64,000 bases of DNA from positions 12,121,337 to 12,185,336 of the forward strand of contig CM082586.2 in the NCBI GenBank assembly GCA_040954595.2, given 5' to 3'. The notes under the pieces are model-generated. The model was not told where the DNA came from and did not search any database. It was given only the letters and a program-made list of their open reading frames with translations. Positions 1-16,300 of the stretch are shown in pieces. Within the stretch, counting starts at the first letter, position 1, and each line of letters begins with the position of its first letter. Made by a program: the position numbers and the translations under genes. This DNA comes from Balanoglossus misakiensis (lineage: Eukaryota; Animalia; Hemichordata).

Positions 1-3000
1 AAGAGTTATGCTGGAATGTTGTAAGGGATAGATTAATATTGCAAATAATTTAATTTCTTACATCATAAAATGAATTCAAAGAATGGTCACATAACAGGAT
101 ATGTTTTACTAAAAAGACTTATGTATAGTTACAAGGCTTTGTTTTGGAATAACGAATTCTCTACAAGATTTAAGTGGAACAGTCACAGAATGAAAACAAA
201 TATGGAAAGAGTTATGCTGGACTGTTATAAGGGATAGATTAATATTGCAAATAATTTAATTTCTTACATCATAAAATGAATTCAAAGAATGGTCACATAA
301 CAGGATATGTTTTACTAAAAAGACTTATGTTATAGATTCAAGGCTTTGTTTTGGAATAACGAATTCTCCACAAGATTTAAGTGGAACAGTCACAGAATGA
401 AAACAAATATGGAAAGAGTTATGCCGGAATGTTGTAAGGGATAGATTAATATTGCAAAAAATTTAATTTCTTACATCATAAATGGAATTCAAAGACAGGT
501 CACGTAACAGGATATGTATAGTTTCAAGCGTTTGTTTTGGAGTAACGAATTCTCTACAAGATTTAAGTGGAACAGTCACAGAATGAAAACAAATATGGAA
601 AGAGTTATGCTGAAATGTTGTTAGGGATAGATTAATATTGCATACAATTTAATTTCTTACATCATAAATGGAATTCAAATAATGGTCACATAACAGGATA
701 TGTTTTACTAAAAAGACTTATGTATAGGTTCAAGAATTTGTGTTGAAATACCAAATTCTCTACAAGATTTAAGTGGAACAGTCACAGAATGAAAACAAAT
801 ATGGAAAGAGTTATGCTGGAATGTTATAAGGGATAGATTAATATTGCAAATAATTTAATTTCTTACATCATAAAATGAATTCAAAGAATGGTCACATAAC
901 AGGATATGTTTTACTAAAAAGACTTATGTTATAGATTCAAGGCTTTGTTTTGGAATAACGAATTCTCTACAAGATTTAAGTGGAACAGTCACAGAATGAA
1001 AACAAATATGGAAAGAGTTATGCCGGAATGTTGTAAGGAATAGATTAATATTGCAAATAATTTAATTTCTTACATCATAAATGGAATTCAAAGAACCGTC
1101 ACGTAACAGGATATGTATAGTTTCAAGGCTTTGTTTTGGAATAACGAATTCTCTACAAGATTTAAGTGGAACAGTCACAGAATGAAAACAAATATGGAAA
1201 GAGTTATGTCGGAATGTTGTAAGGGATAGATTAATATTGCAAATAATTTAATTTCTTACATCATAAATGGAATTCAAAGAATGGTCACATAATGGGCCAT
1301 GTTTTACTAAAAAGACTTATGTATAGTTTCAAGGCTTTGTTTTGGAATAACGAATTCTCTCCAAGATTTAAGTTGAACAGTTACAGAATGAAAACAAATA
1401 TTCAAATAGTTATGTTGGAATGTTGTAAGGGATAGTTTAATATTGCAAATAATTTAATTTCTTACATCATCAATGAAATTCAAAGAATGGTCAAATAACG
1501 GGCCATGTTTTACTAAAAAGACTTAATATGTATAGTTTGAAGGCTTTGTTTTGGAATAACGAATTCTCTACAAGATTTAAGTGGAACAGTCACAGAATGA
1601 AAACAAATATTCAAATAGTTATGTTGGAATGTTGTAAAGGGTAGTTTAATATTCCAAATAATTTAATTTCTTACATCATAAATGAAATTCAAAGAATGGT
1701 CAAATAACGGGCCATGTTTTACTAAAAAGACTTAATATGTATAGTTTGAAGGCTTTGTTTTGGAATAACGAATTCTCTACAAGATTTAAGTGGAACAGTC
1801 ACAGAATGAAAACAAATATGGAAAGCGTTATGCCGGAATGTTGTAAGGGATAGTTTAATATTGCAAATAATTTAATTTCATACATCATAAATGGAATTCA
1901 AAGAATGGTCACATAACAGGATATGTTTTACTAAAAAGACTTATGTTATAGTTTCAAGGCTTTGTTTTGGAATAACGAATTCTCTACAAGATTTAAGTGG
2001 AACAGTCACAGAATGAAAACAAATATAGAAAGAGTTATGCCAGAATGTTGTAAGGAATAGATTAATATTGCAAATAATTTAATTTCTTACATCATAAATG
2101 AAATTCAAAGAATGGTCAAATAACAGGCCATGTTTTACTAAAAAGACTTAATATGTATAGTGTGAAGGCTTTGTTTTGGAATAACGAATTCTCTACAAGA
2201 TTTAAGTGGAACAGTCACAGAATGAAAACAAATATGGAAAGCGTTATGCCGGAATGTTGTAAGGGATAGATTAATATTGCAAATAATTTAATTTCTTACA
2301 TCATAAATGGAATTCACAGAATGGTCACATAACGGGATATGTTTTACTAAAAAGACTTATGTTAAAGTTTCAAGGCTTTGTTTTGGAATAACGAATTCTC
2401 TACAAGATTTAAGTTAAACAGTTACAGAATGAAAACAAATATTCAAATAGTTATGTTGGAATGTTGTAATGGATAGTTTAATATTGCAAATAATTTAATT
2501 TCTTACATCATAAATGAAATTCAAAGAATGGTCAAATAACGGGCCATGTTTTACTAAAAAGACTTAATATGTATAGTTTGAAGGCTTTGTTTTGGAATAA
2601 CGAATTCTCTACAAGATTTAAGTGGAACAGTCACAGAATGAAAACAAATATTCAAATAGTTATGTTGGAATGTTGTAAAGGATAGTTTAATATTCCAAAT
2701 AATTTAATTTCTTACATCATAAATGAAATTCAAAGAATGGTCAAATAACGGGCCATGTTTTACTAAAAAGACTTAATATGTATAGTTTGAAGGCTTTGTT
2801 TTGGAATAACGGATTCTCTACAAGATTTAAGTGGAACAGTCACAGAATGAAAACAAATATTCAAATAGTTATGCTGGAATGTTGTAAGGGATAGATTAAT
2901 ATTGCAAATAATTTAATTTCTTACATCATAAAATGAATTCAAAGAATGGTCACATAACTGGATATGTTTTACTAAAAAAGACTTATGTTATAGTTTCAAG

Positions 3001-6000
3001 GCTTTGTTATGGAATAACGAATTCTCTACAAGATTTAAGTGGAACAGTCACAGAATGAAAACAAATATGGAAAGAGATATGCTGGAATGTTGTAAGGGAT
3101 AGATTAATATTGCAAATAATTTAATTTCTTCCATCATAAATGGAATTCAAAGAATGGTCACATAACGGGCCATGTTTTACAAAAAGACTTATGTATAGTT
3201 TCAAGGCTTTGTTTTGGAATAACGAATTCTCTTCAAGATTTAAGTGGAACAGTCACAGAATGAAAACAAATATTCAAATAGTTATGTTGGAATGTTGTAA
3301 GGGATAGTTTAATATTGCAAATAATTTAATTTCTTACATCATAAATGGAATTCAAAGAATGGTCAAATAACGGGCCATGTTTTACTAAAAAGACTTAATA
3401 TGTATAGTTTGAAGGCTTTGTTATGGAATAACGAATTCTCTACAAGATTTAAGTGGAACAGTCACAGAATGAAAACAAATATGGAAAGAGATATGCTGGA
3501 ATGTTGTAAGGGATAGATTAATATTGCAAATAATTTAATTTCTTCCATCATAAATGGAATTCAAAGAATGGTCACATAACGGGCCATGTTTTACAAAAAG
3601 ACTTATGTATAGTTTCAAGGCTTTGTTTTGGAATAACGAATTCTCTTCAAGATTTAAGTGGAACAGTCACAGAATGAAAACAAATATGGAAAGAGTTATG
3701 CTGGAATGTTGTAAGGGATAGATTAATATTGCAAATAATTTAAATTCTTACGTCATAAAATGAATTCAAAGAATGGTCACATAACTGGATATGTTTTACT
3801 AAAAAGACTTATGTTATAGTTTCAAGGCTTTGTTTTGGAATAACGAATTCTCTACAAGATTTAAGTGGAACAGTTACAGAATGAAAACTAATATGGAAAC
3901 AGTTATGTTGGAATGTTGTAAGGGATAGTTATATATTGCAAATAATTTAATTTCTTACATCATAAATGAAATTCAAAGAATGGTCATATAACGGGCCATG
4001 TTTTACTAAAAAGACTTAATATGTATAGTTTCAAGGCTTTGTTTTGGAATAACGAATTCTCTACAAGATTTAAGTGGAACAGTTACAGAGTGAAAACTAA
4101 TATGGAAAGAGTTATGTTGGAATGTTGTAAGGGATAGTTATATATTGCAAATAATTTAATTTCTTACATCATAAATGAAATTCAAAGAATGGTCAAATAA
4201 CGGGCCATGTTTTACTAAAAAGACTAAATATGTATTGTTTGAAGGCTTTGTTTTGGAATAACGAATTCTCTACAAGATTTAAGTTGAACAGTCACAGAAT
4301 GAAAACAAATATGGAAAGCGTTATGCTGGAATGTTGTAAGGGATAGATTAATATTGCAAATAATTTAATTTCTTACATCATAAATGGAATTCAAAGAATG
4401 GTCACATAACGGGCCATGTTTTACAAAAAGACTTATGTATAGTTTCAAGGCTTTGTTTTGGAATAACGAATTCTCTACAAGATTTAAGTGGAACAGTCAC
4501 AGAATGAAAACAAATATGGAAAGAGATATGCTGGAATGTTGTAAGGGATAGATTAATATTGCAAATAATTTAATTTCTTACATCATAAAATGAATTCAAA
4601 GAATGGTCACATAACAGGATATGTTTTACTAAAAAGACTTATGTTATAGTTTCAAGGCTTTCTTTTGGAATAACGAATTCTCTACAAGATTTAAGTGGAA
4701 CAGTTACAGAATGAAAACAAATATGGAAAGAGTTATGCCGGAATGTTGTAAGAAATAGATTAATATTGCAAATAATTTAATTTCTTACATCATAAATGAA
4801 ATTCAAAGAATGGTCAAATAACGGGCCATGTTTTACTATAAAGACTTAATATGTATAGTTTGAAGGCTTTGTTTTGGAATAACGAATTCTCTACAAGATT
4901 TAAGTGTAACAGTTACAGAATGAAAACAAATATGGAAAGAGTTATGCCGGAATGTTGTAAGGAATAGATTAATATTGCAAATAATTTAATTTCTTACATC
5001 ATAAATGGAATTCAAAGAAACGTCACGTAACAGGATATGTATAGTTTCAAGGCTTTGTTTTGGAATAACGAATTCTCTACAAGATTTAAGTTGAACAGTC
5101 ACAAAATGAAAACAAATATGGAAAGCGTTATGCCGGAATGTTGTAAGGGATAGATTAATATTGCAAATAATTTAATTTCTTACGTCATAAATGGAATTCA
5201 AAGAATGGTCACATAACGGGCCATGTTTTACAAAAAGACTTATGTATAGTTTCAAGGCTTTGTTTTGGAATAACGAATTCTCTACAAGATTTAAGTGGAA
5301 CAGTCACAGAATGAAAACAAATATGGAAAGAGATATGCTGGAATGTTGTAAGGGATAGATTAATATTGCAAATAATTTAATTTCTTACATCATAAAATGA
5401 ATTCAAAGAATGGTCACATAACAGGATATGTTTTACTAAAAAGACTTATGTTATAGTTTCAAGGCTTTGTTTTGGAATAACGAATTCTCTACAAGATTTA
5501 AGTGGAACAGTTACAGAATGAAAACAAATATGGAAAGAGTTATGCCGGAATGTTGTAAGGAATAGATTAATATTGCAAATAATTTAATTTCTTACATCAT
5601 AAATGGAATTCAAAGAAACGTCACGTAACAGGATATGTATAGTTTCAAGGCTTTGTTTTGGAATAACGAATTCTCTACAAGATTTAAGTGGAACAGTCAC
5701 AGAATGAAAACAAATATGGAAAGAGTTATGCTGGAATGTTGTAAGGGATAGATTAATATTGCAAATAATTTAATTTCTTACATCATAAAATGAATTCAAA
5801 GAATGGTCACATAACTGGATATGTTTTACTAAAAAGACTTATGTTATAGTTTCAAGGCTTTGTTTTGGAATAACGAATTCTCTACAAGATTTAAGTGGAA
5901 CAGTCACAGAATGAAAACAAATATGGAAAGAGATATGCTGGAATGTTGTAAGGGATAGATTAATATTGCAAATAATTTAATTTCTTACATCATAAATGGA

Positions 6001-9000
6001 ATTCAAAGAAACGTCACGTAACAGGATATGTATAGTTTCAAGGCTTTGTTTTGGAATAACGAATTCTCTACAAGATTTAAGTGGAACAGTCACAGAATGA
6101 AAACAAATATGGAAAGAGTTATGCTGGAATGTTGTAAGGGATAGATTAATATTGCAAATAATTTAATTTCATACATCATAAATGGAATTCAAAGAATGGT
6201 CACATAACAGGATATGTTTTACTAAAAAGACTTATGTTATAGTTTCAAGGCTTTGTTTTGGAATAACGAATTCTCTACAAGATTTAAGTGGAACAGTCAC
6301 AGAATGAAAACAAATATAGAAAGAGTTATGCCGGAATGTTGTAAGAAATAGATTAATATTGCAAATAATTTAATTTCTTACATCATAAATGAAATTCAAA
6401 GAATGGTCAAATAACGGGCCATGTTTTACTATAAAGACTTAATATGTATAGTTTGAAGGCTTTGTTTTGGAATAACGAATTCTCTACAAGATTTAAGTGT
6501 AACAGTTACAGAATGAAAACAAATATGGAAAGAGTTATGCCGGAATGTTGTAAGGAATAGATTAATATTGCAAATAATTTAATTTCTTACATCATAAATG
6601 GAATTCAAAGAAACGTCACGTAACAGGATATGTATAGTTTCAAGGCTTTGTTTTGGAATAACGAATTCTCTACAAGATTTAAGTTGAACAGTCACAAAAT
6701 GAAAACAAATATGGAAAGCGTTATGCCGGAATGTTGTAAGGGATAGATTAATATTGCAAATAATTTAATTTCTTACATCATAAATGGAATTCAAAGAATG
6801 GTCACATAACGGGCCATGTTTTACAAAAAGACTTATGTATAGTTTCAAGGCTTTGTTTTGGAATAACGAATTCTCTACAAGATTTAAGTGGAACAGTCAC
6901 AGAATGAAAACAAATATGGAAAGAGATATGCTGGAATGTTGTAAGGGATAGATTAATATTGCAAATAATTTAATTTCTTACATCATAAAATGAATTCAAA
7001 GAATGGTCACATAACAGGATATGTTTTACTAAAAAGACTTATGTTATAGTTTCAAGGCTTTGTTTTGGAATAACGAATTCTCTACAAGATTTAAGTGGAA
7101 CAGTTACAGAATGAAAACAAATATGGAAAGAGTTATGCCGGAATGTTGTAAGGAATAGATTTATATTGCAAATAATTTAATTTCTTACATCATAAATGGA
7201 ATTCAAAGAAACGTCACGTAACAGGATATGTATAGTTTCAAGGCTTTGTTTTGGAATAACGAATTCTCTACAAGATTTAAGTGGAACAGTCACAGAATGA
7301 AAACAAATATGGAAAGAGTTATGCTGGAATGTTGTAAGGGATAGATTAATATTGCAAATAATTTAATTTCTTACATCATAAAATGAATTCAAAGAATGGT
7401 CACATAACTGGATATGTTTTACTAAAAAGACTTATGTTATAGTTTCAAGGCTTTGTTTTGGAATAACGAATTCTCTACAAGATTTAAGTGGAACAGTCAC
7501 AGAATGAAAACAAATATGGAAAGAGATATGCTGGAATGTTGTAAGGGATAGATTAATATTGCAAATAATTTAATTTCTTACATCATAAATGGAATTCAAA
7601 GAAACGTCACGTAACAGGATATGTATAGTTTCAAGGCTTTGTTTTGGAATAACGAATTCTCTACAAGATTTAAGTGGAACAGTCACAGAATGAAAACAAA
7701 TATGGAAAGAGTTATGCTGGAATGTTGTAAGGGATAGATTAATATTGCAAATAATTTAATTTCATACATCATAAATGGAATTCAAAGAATGGTCACATAA
7801 CAGGATATGTTTTACTAAAAAGACTTATGTTATAGTTTCAAGGCTTTGTTTTGGAATAACGAATTCTCTACAAGATTTAAGTGGAACAGTCACAGAATGA
7901 AAACAAATATAGAAAGATTAATATTGCAAATAATTTAATTTCTTACATCATAAATGAAATTCAAAGAATGGTCAAATAACAGGCCATGTTTTACTAAAAA
8001 GACTTAATATGTATAGTTTGAAGGCTTTGTTTTGGAATAACGAATTCTCTACAAGATTTAAGTGGAACAGTCACAGAATGAAAAAAAATATGGAAAGCGT
8101 TATGCCGGAATGTTGTAAGGGATAGATTAATATTGCAAATAATTTAATTTCTTACATCATAAATGGAATTCACAGAATGGTCACATAACGGGATATGTTT
8201 TACTAAAAAGACTTATGTTAAAGTTTCAAGGCTTTGTTTTGGAATAACGAATTCTCTACAAGATTTAAGTTAAACAGTTACAGAATGAAAACAAATATTC
8301 AAATAGTTATGTTGGAATGTTGTAATGGATAGTTTAATATTGCAAATAATTTAATTTCTTACATCATAAATGAAATTCAAAGAATGGTCAAATAACGGGC
8401 CATGTTTTACTAAAAAGACTTAATATGTATAGTTTGAAGGCTTTGTTTTGGAATAACGAATTCTCTACAAGATTTAAGTGTAACAGTTACAGAATGAAAA
8501 CAAATATGGAAAGAGTTATGCCGGAATGTTGTAAGGAATAGATTAATATTGCAAATAATTTAATTTCTTACATCATAAATGGAATTCAAAGAAACGTCAC
8601 GTAACAGGATATGTATAGTTTCAAGGCTTTGTTTTGGAATAACGAATTCTCTACAAGATTTAAGTTGAACAGTCACAAAATGAAAACAAATATGGAAAGC
8701 GTTATGCCGGAATGTTGTAAGGGATAGATTAATATTGCAAATAATTTAATTTCTTACGTCATAAATGGAATTCAAAGAATGGTCACATAACGGGCCATGT
8801 TTTACAAAAAGACTTATGTATAGTTTCAAGGCTTTGTTTTGGAATAACGAATTCTCTACAAGATTTAAGTGGAACAGTCACAGAATGAAAACAAATATGG
8901 AAAGAGATATGCTGGAATGTTGTAAGGGATAGATTAATATTGCAAATAATTTAATTTCTTACATCATAAATGGAATTCAAAGAAACGTCACGTAACAGGA

Positions 9001-9720
9001 TATGTATAGTTTCAAGGCTTTGTTTTGGAATAACGAATTCTCTACAAGATTTAAGTGGAACAGTCACAGAATGAAAACAAATATGGAAAGAGTTATGCTG
9101 GAATGTTGTAAGGGATAGATTAATATTGCAAATAATTTAATTTCTTACATCATAAAATGAATTCAAAGAATGGTCACATAACTGGATATGTTTTACTAAA
9201 AAGACTTATGTTATAGTTTCAAGGCTTTGTTTTGGAATAACGAATTCTCTACAAGATTTAAGTGGAACAGTCACAGAATGAAAACAAATATGGAAAGAGA
9301 TATGCTGGAATGTTGTAAGGGATAGATTAATATTGCAAATAATTTAATTTCTTACATCATAAATGGAATTCAAAGAAACGTCACGTAACAGGATATGTAT
9401 AGTTTCAAGGCTTTGTTTTGGAATAACGAATTCTCTACAAGATTTAAGTGGAACAGTCACAGAATGAAAACAAATATGGAAAGAGTTATGCTGGAATGTT
9501 GTAAGGGATAGATTAATATTGCAAATAATTTAATTTCATACATCATAAATGGAATTCAAAGAATGGTCACATAACAGGATATGTTTTACTAAAAAGACTT
9601 ATGTTATAGTTTCAAGGCTTTGTTTTGGAATAACGAATTCTCTACAAGATTTAAGTGGAACAGTCACAGAATGAAAACAAATATAGAAAGAGTTATGCCG
9701 GAATGTTGTAAGAAATAGAT

Positions 9721-12700
9721 TAATATTGCAAATAATTTAATTTCTTACATCATAAATGAAATTCAAAGAATGGTCAAATAACGGGCCATGTTTTACTATA
9801 AAGACTTAATATGTATAGTTTGAAGGCTTTGTTTTGGAATAACGAATTCTCTACAAGATTTAAGTGTAACAGTTACAGAATGAAAACAAATATGGAAAGA
9901 GTTATGCCGGAATGTTGTAAGGAATAGATTAATATTGCAAATAATTTAATTTCTTACATCATAAATGGAATTCAAAGAAACGTCACGTAACAGGATATGT
10001 ATAGTTTCAAGGCTTTGTTTTGGAATAACGAATTCTCTACAAGATTTAAGTTGAACAGTCACAAAATGAAAACAAATATGGAAAGCGTTATGCCGGAATG
10101 TTGTAAGGGATAGATTAATATTGCAAGTAATTTAATTTCTTACATCATAAATGGAATTCAAAGAATGGTCACATAACGGGCCATGTTTTACAAAAAGACT
10201 TATGTATAGTTTCAAGGCTTTGTTTTGGAATAACGAATTCTCTACAAGATTTAAGTGGAACAGTCACAGAATGAAAACAAATATGGAAAGAGATATGCTG
10301 GAATGTTGTAAGGGATAGATTAATATTGCAAATAATTTAATTTCTTACATCATAAAATGAATTCAAAGAATGGTCACATAACAGGATATGTTTTACTAAA
10401 AAGACTTATGTTATAGTTTCAAGGCTTTGTTTTGGAATAACGAATTCTCTACAAGATTTAAGTGGAACAGTTACAGAATGAAAACAAATATGGAAAGAGT
10501 TATGCCGGAATGTTGTAAGGAATAGATTAATATTGCAAATAATTTAATTTCTTACATCATAAATGGAATTCAAAGAAACGTCACGTAACAGGATATGTAT
10601 AGTTTCAAGGCTTTGTTTTGGAATAACGAATTCTCTACAAGATTTAAGTGGAACAGTCACAGAATGAAAACAAATATGGAAAGAGTTATGCTGGAATGTT
10701 GTAAGGGATAGATTAATATTGCAAATAATTTAATTTCTTACATCATAAAATGAATTCAAAGAATGGTCACATAACTGGATATGTTTTACTAAAAAGACTT
10801 ATGTTATAGTTTCAAGGCTTTGTTTTGGAATAACGAATTCTCTACAAGATTTAAGTGGAACAGTCACAGAATGAAAACAAATATGGAAAGAGATATGCTG
10901 GAATGTTGTAAGAAATAGATTAATATTGCAAATAATTTAATTTCTTACATCATAAATGAAATTCAAAGAATGGTCAAATAACGGGCCATGTTTTACTATA
11001 AAGACTTAATATGTATAGTTTGAAGGCTTTGTTTTGGAATAACGAATTCTCTACAAGATTTAAGTGTAACAGTTACAGAATGAAAACAAATATGGAAAGA
11101 GTTATGCCGGAATGTTGTAAGGAATAGATTAATATTGCAAATAATTTAATTTCTTACATCATAAATGGAATTCAAAGAAACGTCACGTAACAGGATATGT
11201 ATAGTTTCAAGGCTTTGTTTTGGAATAACGAATTCTCTACAAGATTTAAGTTGAACAGTCACAAAATGAAAACAAATATGGAAAGCGTTATGCCAGAATG
11301 TTGTAAGGGATAGATTAATATTGCAAATAATTTAATTTCTTACATCATAAATGGAATTCAAAGAATGGTCACATAACGGGCCATGTTTTACAAAAAGACT
11401 TATGTATAGTTTCAAGGCTTTGTTTTGGAATAACGAATTCTCTACAAGATTTAAGTGGAACAGTCACAGAATGAAAACAAATATGGAAAGAGATATGCTG
11501 GAATGTTGTAAGGGATAGATTAATATTGCAAATAATTTAATTTCTTACATCATAAAATGAATTCAAAGAATGGTCACATAACAGGATATGTTTTACTAAA
11601 AAGACTTATGTTATAGTTTCAAGGCTTTGTTTTGGAATAACGAATTCTCTACAAGATTTAAGTGGAACAGTTACAGAATGAAAACAAATATGGAAAGAGT
11701 TATGCCGGAATGTTGTAAGGAATAGATTAATATTGCAAATCATTTAATTTCTTACATCATAAATGGAATTCAAAGAAACGTCACGTAACAGGATATGTAT
11801 AGTTTCAAGGCTTTGTTTTGGAATAACGAATTCTCTACAAGATTTAAGTGGAACAGTCACAGAATGAAAACAAATATGGAAAGAGTTATGCTGGAATGTT
11901 GTAAGGGATAGATTAATATTGCAAATAATTTAATTTCTTACATCATAAAATGAATTCAAAGAATGGTCACATAACTGGATATGTTTTACTAAAAAGACTT
12001 ATGTTATAGTTTCAAGGCTTTGTTTTGGAATAACGAATTCTCTACAAGATTTAAGTGGAACAGTCACAGAATGAAAACAAATATGGAAAGAGATATGCTG
12101 GAATGTTGTAAGAAATAGATTAATATTGCAAATAATTTAATTTCTTACATCATAAATGAAATTCAAAGAATGGTCAAATAACGGGCCATGTTTTACTATA
12201 AAGACTTAATATGTATAGTTTGAAGGCTTTGTTTTGGAATAACGAATTCTCTACAAGATTTAAGTGTAACAGTTACAGAATGAAAACAAATATGGAAAGA
12301 GTTATGCCGGAATGTTGTAAGGAATAGATTAATATTGCAAATAATTTAATTTCTTACATCATAAATGGAATTCAAAGAAACGTCACGTAACAGGATATGT
12401 ATAGTTTCAAGGCTTTGTTTTGGAATAACGAATTCTCTACAAGATTTAAGTTGAACAGTCACAAAATGAAAACAAATATGGAAAGCGTTATGCCAGAATG
12501 TTGTAAGGGATAGATTAATATTGCAAATAATTTAATTTCTTACATCATAAATGGAATTCAAAGAATGGTCACATAACGGGCCATGTTTTACAAAAAGACT
12601 TATGTATAGTTTCAAGGCTTTGTTTTGGAATAACGAATTCTCTACAAGATTTAAGTGGAACAGTCACAGAATGAAAACAAATATGGAAAGAGATATGCTG

Positions 12701-13320
12701 GAATGTTGTAAGGGATAGATTAATATTGCAAATAATTTAATTTCTTACATCATAAAATGAATTCAAAGAATGGTCACATAACAGGATATGTTTTACTAAA
12801 AAGACTTATGTTATAGTTTCAAGGCTTTGTTTTGGAATAACGAATTCTCTACAAGATTTAAGTGGAACAGTTACAGAATGAAAACAAATATGGAAAGAGT
12901 TATGCCGGAATGTTGTAAGGAATAGATTAATATTGCAAATAATTTAATGTCTTACATCATAAATGGAATTCAAAGAAACGTCACGTAACAGGATATGTAT
13001 AGTTTCAAGGCTTTGTTTTGGAATAACGAATTCTCTACAAGATTTAAGTGGAACAGTCACAGAATGAAAACAAATATGGAAAGAGTTATGCTGGAATGTT
13101 GTAAGGGATAGATTAATATTGCAAATAATTTAATTTCTTACATCATAAAATGAATTCAAAGAATGGTCACATAACTGGATATGTTTTACTAAAAAGACTT
13201 ATGTTATAGTTTCAAGGCTTTGTTTTGGAATAACGAATTCTCTACAAGATTTAAGTGGAACAGTCACAGAATGAAAACAAATATGGAAAGAGATATGCTG
13301 GAATGTTGTAAGGGATAGAT
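9721..13320. repeat. 1,200-bp six-monomer higher-order repeat (about 3 copies)
   Basis: Near-identical blocks start at 9721, 10921 and 12121. Monomer lengths 209+186+205+207+186+207 sum to 1200. Confidence 0.9.
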
Positions 13321-16300
13321 TAATATTGCAAATAATTTAATTTCTTACATCATAAATGGAATTCAAAGAAACGTCACGTAACAGGATATGTATAGTTTCA
13401 AGGCTTTGTTTTGGAATAACGAATTCTCTACAAGATTTAAGTGGAACAGTCACAGAATGAAAACAAATATGGAAAGAGTTATGCTGGAATGTTGTAAGGG
13501 ATAGATTAATATTGCAAATAATTTAATTTCATACATCATAAATGGAATTCAAAGAATGGTCACATAACAGGATATGTTTTACTAAAAAGACTTATGTTAT
13601 AGTTTCAAGGCTTTGTTTTGGAATAACGAATTCTCTACAAGATTTAAGTGGAACAGTCACAGAATGAAAACAAATATAGAAAGAGTTATGCCAGAATGTT
13701 GTAAGGAATAGATTAATATTGCAAATAATTTAATTTCTTACATCATAAATGAAATTCAAAGAATGGTCAAATAACAGGCCATGTTTTACTAAAAAGACTT
13801 AATATGTATAGTTTGAAGGCTTTGTTTTGGAATAACGAATTCTCTACAAGATTTAAGTGGAACAGTCAGAGAATGAAAACAAATATGGAAAGCGTTATGC
13901 CGGAATGTTGTAAGGGATAGATTAATATTGCAAATAATTTAATTTCTTACATCATAAATGGAATTCACAGAATGGTCACATAACGGGATATGTTTTACTA
14001 AAAAGACTTATGTTAAAGTTTCAAGGCTTTGTTTTGGAATAACGAATTCTCTACAAGATTTAAGTTAAACAGTTACAGAATGAAAACAAATATTCAAATA
14101 GTTATGTTGGAATGTTGTAATGGATAGTTTAATATTGCAAATAATTTAATTTCTTACATCATAAATGAAATTCAAAGAATGGTCAAATAACGGGCCATGT
14201 TTTACTAAAAAGACTTAATATGTATAGTTTGAAGGCTTTGTTTTGGAATAACGAATTCTCTACAAGATTTAAGTGGAACAGTCACAGAATGAAAACAAAT
14301 ATTCAAATAGTTATGTTGGAATGTTGTAAAGGATAGTTTAATATTCCAAATAATTTAATTTCTTACATCATAAATGAAATTCAAAGAATGGTCAAATAAC
14401 GGGCCATGTTTTACTAAAAAGACTTAATATGTATAGTTTGAAGGCTTTGTTTTGGAATAACGAATTCTCTACAAGATTTAAGTGGAACAGTCACAGAATG
14501 AAAACAAATATGGAAAGCGTTATGCCGGAATGTTGTAAGGGATAGATTAATATTGCAAATAATTTAATTTCTTACATCATAAATGGAATTCACAGAATGG
14601 TCACATAACGGGATATGTTTTACTAAAAAGACTTATGTTAAAGTTTCAAGGCTTTGTTTTGGAATAACGAATTCTCTACAAGATTTAAGTTAAACAGTTA
14701 CAGAATGAAAACAAATATTCAAATAGTTATGTTGGAATGTTGTAATGGATAGTTTAATATTGCAAATAATTTAATTTCTTACATCATAAATGAAATTCAA
14801 AGAATGGTCAAATAACGGGCCATGTTTTACTAAAAAGACTTAATATGTATAGTTTGAAGGCTTTGTTTTGGAATAACGAATTCTCTACAAGATTTAAGTG
14901 GAACAGTCACAGAATGAAAACAAATATTCAAATAGTTATGTTGGAATGTTGTAAAGGATAGTTTAATATTCCAAATAATTTAATTTCTTACATCATAAAT
15001 GAAATTCAAAGAATGGTCAAATAACGGGCCATGTTTTGCTAAAAAGACTTAATATGTATAGTTTGAAGGCTTTGTTTTGGAATAACGAATTCTCTACAAG
15101 ATTTAAGTGGAACAGTCACAGAATGAAAACAAATATTCAAATAGTTATGCTGGAATGTTGTAAGGGATAGATTAATATTGCAAATAATTTAATTTCTTAC
15201 ATCATAAAATGAATTCAAAGAATGGTCACATAACTGGATATGTTTTACTAAAAAGACTTATGTTATAGTTTCAAGGATTTGTTATGGAATAACGAATTCT
15301 CTACAAGATTTAAGTGGAACAGTCACAGAATGAAAACAAATATGGAAAGAGATATGCTGGAATGTTGTAAGGGATAGATTAATATTGCAAATAATTTAAT
15401 TTCTTCCATCATAAATGGAATTCAAAGAATGGTCACATAACGAGCCATGTTTTACAAAAAGACTTATGTATAGTTTCAAGGCTTTGTTTTGGAATAACGA
15501 ATTCTCTTCAAGATTTAAGTGGAACAGTCACAGAATGAAAACAAATATGGAAAGAGTTATGCTGGAATGTTGTAAGGGATAGATTAATATTGCAAATAAT
15601 TTAATTTCTTACATCATAAATGAAATTCAAAGAATGGTCAAATAACGGGCCATGTTTTACTAAAAAGACTTAATATGTATAGTTTGAAGGCTTTGTTATG
15701 GAATAACGAATTCTCTACAAGATTTAAGTGGAACAGTCACAGAATGAAAACAAATATGGAAAGAGATATGCTGGAATGTTGTAAGGGATAGATTAATATT
15801 GCAAATAATTTAATTTCTTCCATCATAAATGGAATTCAAAGAATGGTCACATAACGGGCCATGTTTTACAAAAAGACTTATGTATAGTTTCAAGGCTTTG
15901 TTTTGGAATAACGAATTCTCTTCAAGATTTAAGTGGAACAGTCACAGAATGAAAACAAATATGGAAAGAGTTATGCTGGAATGTTGTAAGGGATAGATTA
16001 ATATTGCAAATAATTTAAATTCTTACATCATAAAATGAATTCAAAGAATGGTCACATAACTGGATATGTTTTACTAAAAAGACTTATGTTATAGTTTCAA
16101 GGCTTTGTTTTGGAATAACGAATTCTCTACAAGATTTAAGTGGAACAGTTACAGAATGAAAACTAATATGGAAACAGTTATGTTGGAATGTTGTAAGGGA
16201 TAGTTATATATTGCAAATAATTTAATTTCTTACATCATAAATGAAATTCAAAGAATGGTCATATAACGGGCCATGTTTTACTAAAAAGACTTAATATGTA

